Of a stretch of DNA of 64,000 bases, positions 9,846 through 19,452 are shown piece after piece (positions within the stretch are counted from its first letter, which is position 1; every line of letters begins with the position of its first letter). The position numbers and the translations under genes are program-made. The stretch is from the NCBI GenBank assembly GCA_963740355.1, contig CAVUDW010000003.1:1664001-1728000 (forward strand). The letters run 5' to 3'. The stretch is from an uncultured Gemmatimonadaceae bacterium (lineage in GTDB: Bacteria > Gemmatimonadota > Gemmatimonadetes > Gemmatimonadales > Gemmatimonadaceae). The notes under the pieces are model-generated. The model was not told the DNA's origin, made no database searches, and worked only from the letters and a program-made list of their open reading frames with translations.

Positions 9846-12782
9846 TCAGTCCCGCGCCGCGCGCGCCGCATCAAGCGCTTGCAACGCGCCACGATAGTCC
9901 TTGTCGCGACCATCGACTGCCACCGCCTGCACATACGCTTCTCGCGCCGCCGCAATCTTGCCCTGCTTCTCGAGCACCTGCCCCAGCCGCCACCAGGTCT
10001 GTCCCTTGGGTGGCATGGCCGGCAGGAAGGGCCCCTTCACGTACTCGCGCAGCGCCGCCTCGCCTTCGACGAGGTCGACGCCCAGCACCGCCGCCAGCTC
10101 GCCGCGATGGAAGAGCGCGGCGCGATCCGATGGGGCGAGCGCGATGTAGCGACGCAGCGCGTCACGTGCGACGTCGGATTTCCCGATGTGATACGACAGG
10201 TCGAACAACGCGAACCACGCCGGCGCGCTGTCAGGGTGTGCCGCGACCAGCTGTGTGAAGATCGAATCGGCGACCGCGTTGCGACCGTCAGCGCGTGCGA
10301 AGTGACCACGCATGAGCGCTGCACGATACGGGTGCGTTTGCCCAAGGCGCTGCACGAGGCGGTTGGCTTCGGATCGGTCGCCACCGGCGATCGGCGTCAG
10401 CAGTCGTGTCATCCACGCCAGCGACTCGAGCGCATCCGCTTGGCTCGAGTCACGCCGAAGCGCCACCTTGAAAGCGGCCTGGGCACGACGTGCACTATTG
10501 AAACGGGTAGCGATGCCCGGACGACTCCCACGCTGCAGCTGCGCTTGGCCAATGAGCACTAGCGTGTTGGCCTCACTGTCCGTCCGCGCGGCCAGCACCA
10601 TCAGCGCCGAGTCGGGCTGGCCTCGTGACAGGAAGGCCTGCGCGTCGGTGGAATTCGTCGCGGGTTGCTGTTGCACCATCAGCATCGCTCCCACCGCGAC
10701 CAGCACGCCGACCCGCGCACCAGTGGCGCGCTGGGTGTTCGATCCGGTGCGCCGCAGCGGATAGTCGTTCTCGACTGCCCGCCAGGTGTCACTGATCGAC
10801 ATCGCGATGGCATTGGCCGCTTCCGCATCGGTGGACGACGCAAGCTTGCGTACGCTGGCCCACAGCGCCTCGAGCGTCGCACCCGCGTCGTCTCGACGCG
10901 CCGTCACGAGCAGCATTCTTTCACGTGACCGCATCAACGCATCACGCTGGTTGACGAGCAACGCGACCGCCTCCGGGTCGCCGGATTCCGACTCGTGCAA
11001 CACGATTTCCGCCTCGAGCCGCTCGAGCTGCTCGCGCGGGGCGGCCTTCTCGAGCAGCGCCAGCTCGCGCTCGTGCGCCGTCATCGCATCCAGCAGCCGT
11101 CGCGCCGCGCTCGTCGCATTGTTGCCGCTCTCCGTGACGGACGGCGGCAGTGTGCCTGAGGCGGCGAGGATCTGCGAGACGAATTCCTGTGGCGTTTTCG
11201 GCCGTCGGTCAGCCATCTGCGGTCGGAACAGGCGCTGGATTCGCGGGTCGCGCCAGAAGGCGGAATCGGTGGGCTTGTACGTCAGCCGACGCCGGTCCAT
11301 GTAGCCCAACGCGGCACCTTTCGTGGCACGCCGCACGAGCACCTCGGCGACCAGCGCCGACACGATAAGTGTCAGGAGGAATACGATCATCGCGACCAGT
11401 GGCACCAGCAAGTCCAGTCGCGACACCCACTGCATCGAGAAATACGCATGCGCCGCCGGGATCCGATCCCGAATCGCCAGCCGCCGGGGATCGGTCGCCC
11501 AGGCCATCAGCGGACCCTCGGCCAGCAGCAGGAACGACAGCAGCACCGTGATCAGTCGAGCGCTCTTGAGCGATGCCGGGAGTTGCTCGTACACGTCGCC
11601 CGCGCGCCGCCAGCTCCGCGGCCACCAGAGGAACCACCACTTCGGCGGCAGTGTCACGACGCGTCGGATGGTGCTCCACTCGTAGCCGCGCTTCCGTGCC
11701 TCGTGCATCTGGAAGCCGTACCCGAGGTACAGCAACGGTGGCGTCAGCCAGAGCCAAGTCGGCAGCGAGAGCAGCTGCCCACCACGCAGCGCAGCACTGA
11801 GTGCGAGTGCGATGCTGACGGCAGTGACGAGGAAGAACGTCGCGCCCAGTTGCTGCAGCTCCGCCAATTCGTACGTCAGCGTCTCGTCGTCGTACGCCGA
11901 GCCACCGACTGCGGTGCGGAGACTCCGCCCATCACTGAAGCGCTTCGCTGGGTCCTTCTCCAGGCAACGCATCACGGCGTCGCTCAGGTCCGTTGGCACG
12001 GATGGAGCAACGGACGACAGCGGCGCCGGCGTGGCTGAGATGTGCTGCATCAACAGTTCGCGGAAGCTGCGTCCATCGAAGGGCAGCTTCCCGCTCAACA
12101 TCTGGTAGCCCACCACCCCCACCGAATACAGGTCGCTGCGCCCGTCGATGGACGGTTCCGCGGTGGCCTGCTCCGGCGACATGTAGTGCGGCGTACCCAT
12201 CACCGCACCAACCTGCGTCAGGCTCGTGCCCGCCTGCAGTGTGTCCGCGCGTGCGATGCCAAAGTCCGTCAGCAGTGCTCGGCCACTGGTGTCATCGATG
12301 AGGATGTTGTCCGGCTTGATGTCGCGATGGACGATGCCCTGCTTGTGCGCATGATCGAGTGCCTCGGCCACCTGCGCCAGTAGTGTGCGTGCGGTCTCGA
12401 CGTCGAGCATCGTTTCTCGATCAATGCGCGAGCCAAGTGATTCTCCGCGCACATAGCCCATCACGAACCAGCACAGGCCGCGACGCTCGCCGAAGGCGTA
12501 GAGCGGCACGATGCCGACGTGCTGCAAGCTGGCGACGGTTTTCGCCTCACGCCGGAAGCGTTCCAGCACGCCCGCGTCGGTCGCAGAGCCGGGAGGCAGC
12601 ACCTTGATCGCCACCAGCCGCTCCAGCGCACGGTCACGGGCCAGGTACACCGCGCCCATGCCACCACGGCCAATCAGTCGGACGATCTCGTATTCATCGC
12701 CGACTGCATCCACCAGCGCATCACGCAAAGGGTCGCCCTGCACCTCGTCACTCGGTGCGATGGCTGCGGCACTGGCGTTCAT
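9846..12782 (-). CDS. Hanks-type Ser/Thr protein kinase with transmembrane segments and C-terminal TPR region
   Basis: IGRGGMGAVY, VAIK, HRDIKPDN, DFG, GTPHYMSPEQ; several TM helices; TPR-like C-terminus. ATG 12782 has a gagga RBS. Confidence 0.92.
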   Translation of the reverse strand: MNASAAAIAPSDEVQGDPLRDALVDAVGDEYEIVRLIGRGGMGAVYLARDRALERLVAIKVLPPGSATDAGVLERFRREAKTVASLQHVGIVPLYAFGERRGLCWFVMGYVRGESLGSRIDRETMLDVETARTLLAQVAEALDHAHKQGIVHRDIKPDNILIDDTSGRALLTDFGIARADTLQAGTSLTQVGAVMGTPHYMSPEQATAEPSIDGRSDLYSVGVVGYQMLSGKLPFDGRSFRELLMQHISATPAPLSSVAPSVPTDLSDAVMRCLEKDPAKRFSDGRSLRTAVGGSAYDDETLTYELAELQQLGATFFLVTAVSIALALSAALRGGQLLSLPTWLWLTPPLLYLGYGFQMHEARKRGYEWSTIRRVVTLPPKWWFLWWPRSWRRAGDVYEQLPASLKSARLITVLLSFLLLAEGPLMAWATDPRRLAIRDRIPAAHAYFSMQWVSRLDLLVPLVAMIVFLLTLIVSALVAEVLVRRATKGAALGYMDRRRLTYKPTDSAFWRDPRIQRLFRPQMADRRPKTPQEFVSQILAASGTLPPSVTESGNNATSAARRLLDAMTAHERELALLEKAAPREQLERLEAEIVLHESESGDPEAVALLVNQRDALMRSRERMLLVTARRDDAGATLEALWASVRKLASSTDAEAANAIAMSISDTWRAVENDYPLRRTGSNTQRATGARVGVLVAVGAMLMVQQQPATNSTDAQAFLSRGQPDSALMVLAARTDSEANTLVLIGQAQLQRGSRPGIATRFNSARRAQAAFKVALRRDSSQADALESLAWMTRLLTPIAGGDRSEANRLVQRLGQTHPYRAALMRGHFARADGRNAVADSIFTQLVAAHPDSAPAWFALFDLSYHIGKSDVARDALRRYIALAPSDRAALFHRGELAAVLGVDLVEGEAALREYVKGPFLPAMPPKGQTWWRLGQVLEKQGKIAAAREAYVQAVAVDGRDKDYRGALQALDAARAARD

Positions 12783-12963
12783 GTGATCGTCCTCGGTGGT
12801 GTAGCCGGTGGCATCCGTGCACCGGAATTGCGACAACACAAATCAGCTGCGTAGATCAGCAGACCGCAGAGTAACGCCGTCCATCCACGCCGCACAGATC
12901 GGCCCGCACCTCCGGCCGATGCCACTCCGTTCTGCGACGGCCGATGGCAGTAGCTTTCCGCGT

Positions 12964-13626
12964 GTGACCCATCGCATCTCCCTCGCCGGCATCGACGTCG
13001 AGCTGCTCGCCGACCGCGCGCTCTTCATTCCATCGTTACGAACGCTGGTCGTTGCCGACCTGCATTGGGGCAAGGCGGCCAGCTTCCGTGCGCTGGGTGT
13101 CCCTGTGCCGCACGGCACCACGCGTGCGGGCCTCGATCGGCTCGATGTGCTACTCACGCAGACTGGGGCCGCCGAGCTGCTGATCCTGGGCGACTTGTTT
13201 CACGCGCGGACCAGCATGCCGCCAGGCACCATCGACACACTCGAGCGCTGGCGCCAGGCGCGTCACGACCTCGCGATCACACTGGTGCGCGGCAATCACG
13301 ACTATCGCGCCGGTGATCCGCCGGCGTCGCTCGACATCCGTTGTGTGGACGCGCCGCTGATCGTGGGCCCATTCGCCTTGCATCACCACCCGACCGACGA
13401 TCCGGCGGGATATGTGCTGGCGGGTCACGTCCACCCAGTGGTGCAGCTGCGCGGTCGCGCACGACAACGCCTGACCCTTCCCTGCTTCGCCTTCGGCACT
13501 CGCGGCGGTCTGCTGCCGGCATTCGGTGAATTCACCGGCGGCGGTGTGATCGATCAGCGGGACTATGCACGCACCTTCGTGATTGCCGATGATGCCGTGC
13601 TGCCACTCGAGCCAGTCGCGATCTAG
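12964..13626 (+). CDS. pdeM: Ligase-associated DNA damage response metallophosphoesterase/endonuclease
   Basis: ADLHWGK, LGDLFH, RGNHD, GHVHP, LPAFGEFTGG. Probable GTG start at 12964. Confidence 0.85.
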   Translation: MTHRISLAGIDVELLADRALFIPSLRTLVVADLHWGKAASFRALGVPVPHGTTRAGLDRLDVLLTQTGAAELLILGDLFHARTSMPPGTIDTLERWRQARHDLAITLVRGNHDYRAGDPPASLDIRCVDAPLIVGPFALHHHPTDDPAGYVLAGHVHPVVQLRGRARQRLTLPCFAFGTRGGLLPAFGEFTGGGVIDQRDYARTFVIADDAVLPLEPVAI

Positions 13627-13638
13627 CGAGTCATCCTG

Positions 13639-14343
13639 TCAGGCGCCGTACGTCACACCGGGATAGAGCAGCGCCAGCGACCCGTTGAACAATGGGCTGA
13701 AGATGTAGCCGAAGACCTGCCACGCGAGGAAATAGCCGACGAAGTTCAGCGCCGGCGTGCGCCAGATCAGGTTCTGCCACACGCGGCCTTTCTCTTCGCC
13801 CACCAGCAGCGGAATGGCCGCACTGCCATCCATCGGCGGAAATGGCAGCAGGTTGAACGCGGCCAGCAACAGGTTCATCGAGAACATCGTGCCGAGGAAG
13901 AAGCCGATCGCTTCCATCACCGGCGTGCCGTCGGTGCCGACGATGTGGCCGAAGCTGATGCGGTTTGGTGCGCTGAAGATGCCGGCGAAGTCGCCGCCTC
14001 GGATCGCGATGCCCGAGAGCAGCACCAGCAACAGGTTTGCGCCCGGTCCGGCGAGTGCCATCCAGGCCGAACGCTTCGGATACTTCTGCGCCCACGCCGG
14101 ATCGTACGGCGCGCTGGCGAACCCGATCGGGAATCCCATCGTGAGCGCCGTCAGCAGTGGCAGGATCACCATGCCGAACGGCTCGCGCCGGATGTGCGGC
14201 AACGGATCGAGCGAGACCTGGCCGCCATGATACGCGGTCAGGTCTCCCCCAAGCTTGGCCGCCCACGCATGGGCGGCTTCGTGCAGCGTGGTTGAAAGCA
14301 GGAAGACCACATAAAAGGTCAGTCCTTCACCGATGTTCGTCAT
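13639..14343 (-). CDS. Site-2 protease (peptidase M50)
   Basis: HEAAH, AGPGAN, FNLLPFPPMDG; hydrophobic. Confidence 0.92.
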   Translation of the reverse strand: MTNIGEGLTFYVVFLLSTTLHEAAHAWAAKLGGDLTAYHGGQVSLDPLPHIRREPFGMVILPLLTALTMGFPIGFASAPYDPAWAQKYPKRSAWMALAGPGANLLLVLLSGIAIRGGDFAGIFSAPNRISFGHIVGTDGTPVMEAIGFFLGTMFSMNLLLAAFNLLPFPPMDGSAAIPLLVGEEKGRVWQNLIWRTPALNFVGYFLAWQVFGYIFSPLFNGSLALLYPGVTYGA

Positions 14344-14387
14344 TCAGCGCGTGTCGAGAGAAATGGGCACGGCTGAATGATACCCCA

Positions 14388-16583
14388 CTATCGGCCGGAC
14401 GCGCCTACTGGGCCGGCGACGGGTGCTGCGGCCTTCGTGCCCTGCAGCCAGTACCCGAACCACTGACGCAGTCGGCCGAGGCGGTCCACCAGCAACCACG
14501 GCTCACCGGCACGCGACAGCTCGTGGGTCGAGCGTGGGTACCGCACGAATTCTGCCGGAATGCCGCGCTTCTTGAGCGACGTGTACCAGATCTCGGCGCT
14601 GCCCATCGCGGTGCGGAAGTCTTCCTCGCTCTGCACCATCAACATCGGCGTCCGCACGTTCTTCACGTAGCGGATCGGCGACAGGCGATCGTACAGCGCC
14701 TGGTTGTCCCACGGCTTGCCGTAGAACTCGTATTCGGTCAGGCCCTGCGCGTCGCTGGCGCCGTACCAGTAGGTCCATTCCGTGATCGTGCGATCGGTCT
14801 GGATGGCCGCGAAGCGATTGGTCTTGGTGGCGATCCAGGTGGTCATGAAGCCACCGTAGCTGCCACCGCTGGCGCCCATCTTGGTGCTGTCGATGTCGGC
14901 ACGCTTGGCCACGATGTCAGTGGCCTTCATCAGGTCTTCGTAGTCTTCCATGCCCCAGCGACCGCGCGTGCTGTACGTGAAGTCGGCACCATAGCCGCTC
15001 GACCCGCGCGGGTTGGTGAAGAGCACGAACATGCCCTGCGCGGCGAGGTTCTGGAATTCATCGAACCAGCCTTCGTTGTACTGCGAGTGCGGGCCGCCGT
15101 GGATGTAGAGCACTACTGGATACTTCTTCGACGGATCGTACCCGTACGGCTTCATCAACCACCCTTCGATCTCCACGTTGCCGACGCTGCGGTACGTGAA
15201 ACGCTCGGCGTCACTCCATGCGACTTCGCTGTTGAGCGCATCGTTGAAGTGCGTCACCTGACGTTCGTTGCCGCCATTGCCGTCCGACACGTAGAGCTCC
15301 GTCGGCTTGGTCATGGAGGTGGAGATGTAGGCCATCACGGTGGCGGCTTCGTTCAGCGACACACTCGTTGCGCGACGACGCCCTCCCACCAGTTCCTTCG
15401 GTGCGCCGCCGTTCATGTCGGCGTCGAGGATCGCAGCGCGACCGCCGATCGACGCCGTGAAACGAATCGCACCGGTGGACAACCAGGTGATGCCATCCGG
15501 TTCATACTGCCAGGTGCCGAGCAGGTTCTTCGGTGCGCCACCGGCCAGGTCGACGACGTAGATGCGAGCGGATTTCGCACGCGCAGGACGGCCGATGAAC
15601 GCCAGCTTCTTGCCATCCTTCGACCATTCCAGGTCGGACTCACTTCCCATCCAGTCGGCGACCTTGCGTGGCGCGCCACCCGCGATCGGCATCACGTAGA
15701 TATCCGACTCGTTCCGCTCCGCTTCATCGCGCACCTTGTCGTAGGGCAGGAACCCAAGCGAATCACGCTCGGCTTCCACCACGCTGTCGGCGCGCAGCTT
15801 CGAGTCCGCAATGAACGCCACCCACTGGCCGTCGGGTGACACGACGGGCGACCGATGCGAGTAGGCATCACGCGTCAGCTGCACCTTGGTCGTGTCGCCA
15901 TACGCCTGCTTCCACAACTGCGTCGGGCGATACGTCTTGGCGCTCTTCCGGCTCGGCACGAAGTTGCGATCGTTCGACTTGAACGGCAGGTCGACGAAGT
16001 GACGGCCATCGAAACGCGCTGGATCGGCCGGCATCGTGATGGCTTCGAACGGCGGACGCGCCAGTGGACCCATGCGCGAGAAGACATCGCGGGTGTTGGC
16101 GCTCGAGTCGACGGGCATCGCGTCGGACCAGACAGCGAACTGCCCGCTCGCCGGCGACGATCCGCTGGACGGCATGGTCGGCATCTGGACCGCTTCACCG
16201 CCCGGCGCATCGGCACGCAGCACCCAGGTGTTGCCCTTGCCGTTCGGTCGCGTGGAGTTGAAGACGAGGTGTGTGCCGTCGGGCGTCCAGCGTGGTGCGC
16301 TGCTTTCGTAGCCGGGCGACGTCCAGCGCTGCGGTGCGCTGCCATCGAGGGCGGCCACCCACACTTCCTGATGGCGCTTGTTCTCCGCCTCGCGCACGGT
16401 CATCACCGTGAAGGCGACGCGCTTGCCATCGGGGCTGACGGCGGGCTGGCTGACGGACGTCACGCGATACCAATCGCGCAGTGTCATGGCGTGCGGGGCG
16501 GCGGACTGCGCCTGCAGCGCACCGGCGATGCCGAAACACGCGAGCAGGGCTCGACGCGCGGCGGGGAGTGTGGCGTGGGACAT
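14388..16583 (-). CDS. S9 family (dipeptidyl/acylaminoacyl) peptidase, secreted
   Basis: Signal peptide; PD40-type SPDGK repeats; IHGGPH, GGSYGG nucleophile, EEDFR, STHEL. Confidence 0.93.
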   Translation of the reverse strand: MSHATLPAARRALLACFGIAGALQAQSAAPHAMTLRDWYRVTSVSQPAVSPDGKRVAFTVMTVREAENKRHQEVWVAALDGSAPQRWTSPGYESSAPRWTPDGTHLVFNSTRPNGKGNTWVLRADAPGGEAVQMPTMPSSGSSPASGQFAVWSDAMPVDSSANTRDVFSRMGPLARPPFEAITMPADPARFDGRHFVDLPFKSNDRNFVPSRKSAKTYRPTQLWKQAYGDTTKVQLTRDAYSHRSPVVSPDGQWVAFIADSKLRADSVVEAERDSLGFLPYDKVRDEAERNESDIYVMPIAGGAPRKVADWMGSESDLEWSKDGKKLAFIGRPARAKSARIYVVDLAGGAPKNLLGTWQYEPDGITWLSTGAIRFTASIGGRAAILDADMNGGAPKELVGGRRRATSVSLNEAATVMAYISTSMTKPTELYVSDGNGGNERQVTHFNDALNSEVAWSDAERFTYRSVGNVEIEGWLMKPYGYDPSKKYPVVLYIHGGPHSQYNEGWFDEFQNLAAQGMFVLFTNPRGSSGYGADFTYSTRGRWGMEDYEDLMKATDIVAKRADIDSTKMGASGGSYGGFMTTWIATKTNRFAAIQTDRTITEWTYWYGASDAQGLTEYEFYGKPWDNQALYDRLSPIRYVKNVRTPMLMVQSEEDFRTAMGSAEIWYTSLKKRGIPAEFVRYPRSTHELSRAGEPWLLVDRLGRLRQWFGYWLQGTKAAAPVAGPVGASGR

Positions 16584-16661
16584 GGCTCGACTCAAAAGCG
16601 GGAGGGGTGGTACGGGACCGTGCCGGATTTTACGGCGCGGAGCCGCCGTGCGCTGACCCTC

Positions 16662-16972
16662 CGCGAGCTTTCGCTTTCCGCCACCTCACTTAACCGCACT
16701 ATGAGCGGGAGGCCACGGAGCTCACGGTGTAGCGCCATTCGCGAGCTTTCGCTTTCCGCCACCTCACTTAACCGCAATGTGGGCGGGAGGCCACGGAGCT
16801 CACGGAGTAGCGCCATTCGCGAGCTTTCGCTTTCCGCCACCTCACTTAACCGCAATGTGAGCGGGAGGCCACGGAGCTCACGGAGTAGCGCCATTCGCGA
16901 GCTTTCGCTTGCCGCCACCTCACTTAACCGCAATGTGAGCGGGAGGCCACGGAGCTCACGGAGTAGCTCCAT
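16662..16972. repeat. Tandem array of four near-identical 78-bp units (REP/BIME-like)
   Basis: Units start at 16662, 16740, 16818 and 16896: cgcgagctttcgctttccgccacctcacttaaccgca..tg.gcgggaggccacggagctcacgg.gtagc.cca. Confidence 0.95.
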
Positions 16973-17068
16973 ACTCGGAGGGTCGCGTTTCGCAACGAAC
17001 GTGACGGAAGGGAACTGTTTTTACCTCAAAGTCACCAGAGCGACGCGAAGCACCATTGGCGGCCTGCC

Positions 17069-17172
17069 GAGCTACTCCGTGAGCCCCGTGGCCTCCCCCC
17101 CATTGCTGTTCACAAAGGCTGCGAAGAGCGGAAGCTCGCCGATGGAGCTACTCCGTGAGCTCCGTGGCCTCC
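17069..17172. repeat. Two inverted copies of the ~30-bp core of the 78-bp repeat
   Basis: 17142-17172 atggagctactccgtgagctccgtggcctcc is the exact reverse complement of 16942-16972; a second copy lies at 17069-17097. Confidence 0.9.
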
Positions 17173-17215
17173 GCTCCATTGCTGTTAGCTGTTGCGGTAA
17201 GCGATCGAACTGCGA

Positions 17216-17779
17216 TCAGGCGCGCGCGGATCGTCGTTGACCGATGCGGCTGAAGGCGCCGAACATGATGTAGAACAGGCCAACCGCGAGCAGGGCGAAC
17301 TTGATGATCGCGAAGACCCGTGACAGCATCGGCCAGAGCGCGTTGGTGGTGTCGTGGATGGCGTGCCACATCATGGCGTTTTCGCAGGCGTCGCTGAACG
17401 CGGCGACGAACATCAGCCAGGTGAGGAGTGCACCGAGTCGTGCCAGTGGCGCCGAGCGACGCGCCCACCAGAGTCGCGCGACGGCGCAGCCGAGTGAGAG
17501 GGCGATGCCGTAGGCGATCAGGTAGAGGAAGTCGATCTTGATGTTGAACTGCGCCGCTTGGTGCCCCGTCTCGCCCCACGCGGCGTAGATGCGCTGCGCG
17601 GCGTCGACCGTGCCCGCCAGTTCGAGCGAGACGATGCCGAACGGTGAGGCGGCGGTGCGGAGGACTTCGCCTGTGCTGCCCACCCACGCCGACATCGCGA
17701 ACGCCGCCAGCGAGGCGACACCGAACGCACGGAGGCGTGTGCGTTCGGTGAGGGTGCTCCAGAGGCCGGCGTTGCTCAC
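17216..17779 (-). CDS. Hypothetical membrane protein
   Basis: GTG start overlaps the VOC stop (GTGA); about 4 TM helices; GIVSLELAG..DFLYLIAY..DACEN. Confidence 0.75.
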   Translation of the reverse strand: MSNAGLWSTLTERTRLRAFGVASLAAFAMSAWVGSTGEVLRTAASPFGIVSLELAGTVDAAQRIYAAWGETGHQAAQFNIKIDFLYLIAYGIALSLGCAVARLWWARRSAPLARLGALLTWLMFVAAFSDACENAMMWHAIHDTTNALWPMLSRVFAIIKFALLAVGLFYIMFGAFSRIGQRRSARA

Positions 17780-18180
17780 GTCGTAGCTGGTGTGCCGGGA
17801 TCGAACAGTGCGACCGAGGCACCGGCCGGGTCCTGGATCACGGCGTAGCGCGCGGTGCCACCGGAGGATCGTGGCTCCATCACTACCGTGCCGCCTGACG
17901 CGCGACAGGCGGCGAGACTGGCATCGAGATCGGCGACGGTGATGTACATCAGCCAGACCGCCGGCAGGCCGGCGTTCTTGCCGCGGGCATGACATACGCC
18001 AGCGACAGCCGTCTGGCTGTTCGGCATCGTCATCACATAGTCGTCGTAGTCGCCCATCGAGAGCGGCACGATCGACCAGCCGGCGACCTGCGCGTAGAAG
18101 TCTTTCAGTCCCGTGGCGTCAGGGACGGTGAGGTCGGCCCAGCCGATGCTGCCGACCGGCGGCGGAGGAGGAGTAGTCAT
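17776..18180 (-). CDS. VOC/glyoxalase family protein
   Basis: GSIGWADLTVPD..FYAQVAGW; WLMYITVADLD; IQDPAGA. Confidence 0.9.
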   Translation of the reverse strand: MTTPPPPPVGSIGWADLTVPDATGLKDFYAQVAGWSIVPLSMGDYDDYVMTMPNSQTAVAGVCHARGKNAGLPAVWLMYITVADLDASLAACRASGGTVVMEPRSSGGTARYAVIQDPAGASVALFDPGTPATT

Positions 18181-18223
18181 GCCCAAAACTCGCCGTACGG
18201 CCACCGTCGCGACAGCGCGGGCG

Positions 18224-18266
18224 CCACTGTCGCCTTGCTTGATATTCGGTGTTTATTCGGTATCGT
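18224..18266 (+). promoter_or_regulatory. imuA promoter with direct-repeat operator (candidate SOS box)
   Basis: TTGATA-N16-TATCGT; ATTC-N7-ATTC (TTCGGT-N5-TTCGGT); 18224-18262 matches 63541-63579 at 36 of 39 nt. Confidence 0.7.
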
Positions 18267-18295
18267 CCCCTGTCCCTCCGACGGATGTGACGACG

Positions 18296-19312
18296 ATGCC
18301 TGCTCCTGCTGCTGCCCTCGATGCCCTGCGCCATGCCCTCGACACCGTGGTCGAGCGGGAGCGGCCGCGTGACGACCCGTCGCTGCCGACCGGGATGGCG
18401 GCGCTGGACGCCTTGCTGGGTGGCGGACTGCCACGGGGGCGCTTGTCGGAGCTGCAGGCCCCACGGGGCCAGGGGCGTACCACGCTGCTGCGCGAGCTCG
18501 TCGCCCATACGCTGGCCACCGGGCGGTGGGTGGCGATCGTGGATGCCCAGCGCACCCTCGCGCCGGCCGACTGGGCGCGCCTCGCCAGCCCGTCGTCCAG
18601 CGGACCGGGCGCGATCGGCACCACGCCCGCGCCGGCCAAGGGGTACGTCGCCCCACCGGAGCTGGAGACCAGTCGGCTGGCCGTGATCCGCCCGGCCGAT
18701 CCCTCGAAGGCTCCGTGGTGTGCCGATGTCCTGCTGCGATCGGGGGCCTATGCGCTGGTGGTCCTGGACGGGGTGCCGGCGCTCCCGCGCAACATCGTGC
18801 TGCGCCTGACCCGCCTCGCGCACGACCGGCAGGTGGTGTTCCTGCTGGCCTGCGACGCTGAATCTGCGACGCCGACCGTGGGTGCCTCGGTGCGCCTGGG
18901 AATCCGGCTCGAATCGAGCGGATTGAAGGAAGTGAACCGACAGTGGCGCGATAAGGACGCGATGAAGCGATCGATGAAGCTGGTCAGGAAAGGCGATGCC
19001 GAGGCCCTTGAGGCCGCGGAAGCACCCGCCGTTCCCGCCGTGCACCTCGCCATCACCGTCGCCAAGGGCGGTCCGCCGTCCACCATGCGCATCCCCTACG
19101 TCATCACCACGCCGCGCCGCCTGGGCGGGCATGCGGAGGTGCCGGATCGGCGCGGAGTCGCCCGCCAGACGGCGGCGCCACCGAAGGCGGCGGGGGCCGG
19201 GATGGTCACGGCCGGCACCGGGCCAGTGGCCAAGACCATCGGGCGAGTGGACCGCAGTCCGCACGCGCGGCGGGCCGGGGAGTCGCGGTATGGGCGGGCG
19301 GGGCGGCGGTAG
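18296..19312 (+). CDS. imuA: ImuA/RecA-like mutasome protein
   Basis: LPTGMAALDALLGGGLPRGRLSEL; degenerate P-loop APRGQGRTT; WCADVLLRSGAYALVVLD. Confidence 0.75.
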   Translation: MPAPAAALDALRHALDTVVERERPRDDPSLPTGMAALDALLGGGLPRGRLSELQAPRGQGRTTLLRELVAHTLATGRWVAIVDAQRTLAPADWARLASPSSSGPGAIGTTPAPAKGYVAPPELETSRLAVIRPADPSKAPWCADVLLRSGAYALVVLDGVPALPRNIVLRLTRLAHDRQVVFLLACDAESATPTVGASVRLGIRLESSGLKEVNRQWRDKDAMKRSMKLVRKGDAEALEAAEAPAVPAVHLAITVAKGGPPSTMRIPYVITTPRRLGGHAEVPDRRGVARQTAAPPKAAGAGMVTAGTGPVAKTIGRVDRSPHARRAGESRYGRAGRR

Positions 19313-19452
19313 TCGGCCGGAAAGCAAAGATCCGATGATGCCTGCAGCAGAACGGCGCGGCCCTCGAAGCGGGCAGCAGCCATTGATGGTGCATGCACAT
19401 CCCTGGCGCCAACCGGGCAGTCGTCGCCCCCGTCGCAATCGACGCTTGACGT

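Noticed and set aside
16662..16972. CRISPR array
   Set aside because: Whole 78-bp units are near-identical, so there are no unique spacers, and no cas genes are in the window.
16592..16972. 126-aa repeat-protein ORF (and the repeat part of ORF 15855-17240)
   Set aside because: Open only because the unit length is a multiple of 3; no RBS or protein-like features.
18296..19312. True recA
   Set aside because: Walker A lysine is replaced, RecA signature motifs are missing and the C-terminus is low-complexity; it fits ImuA better.
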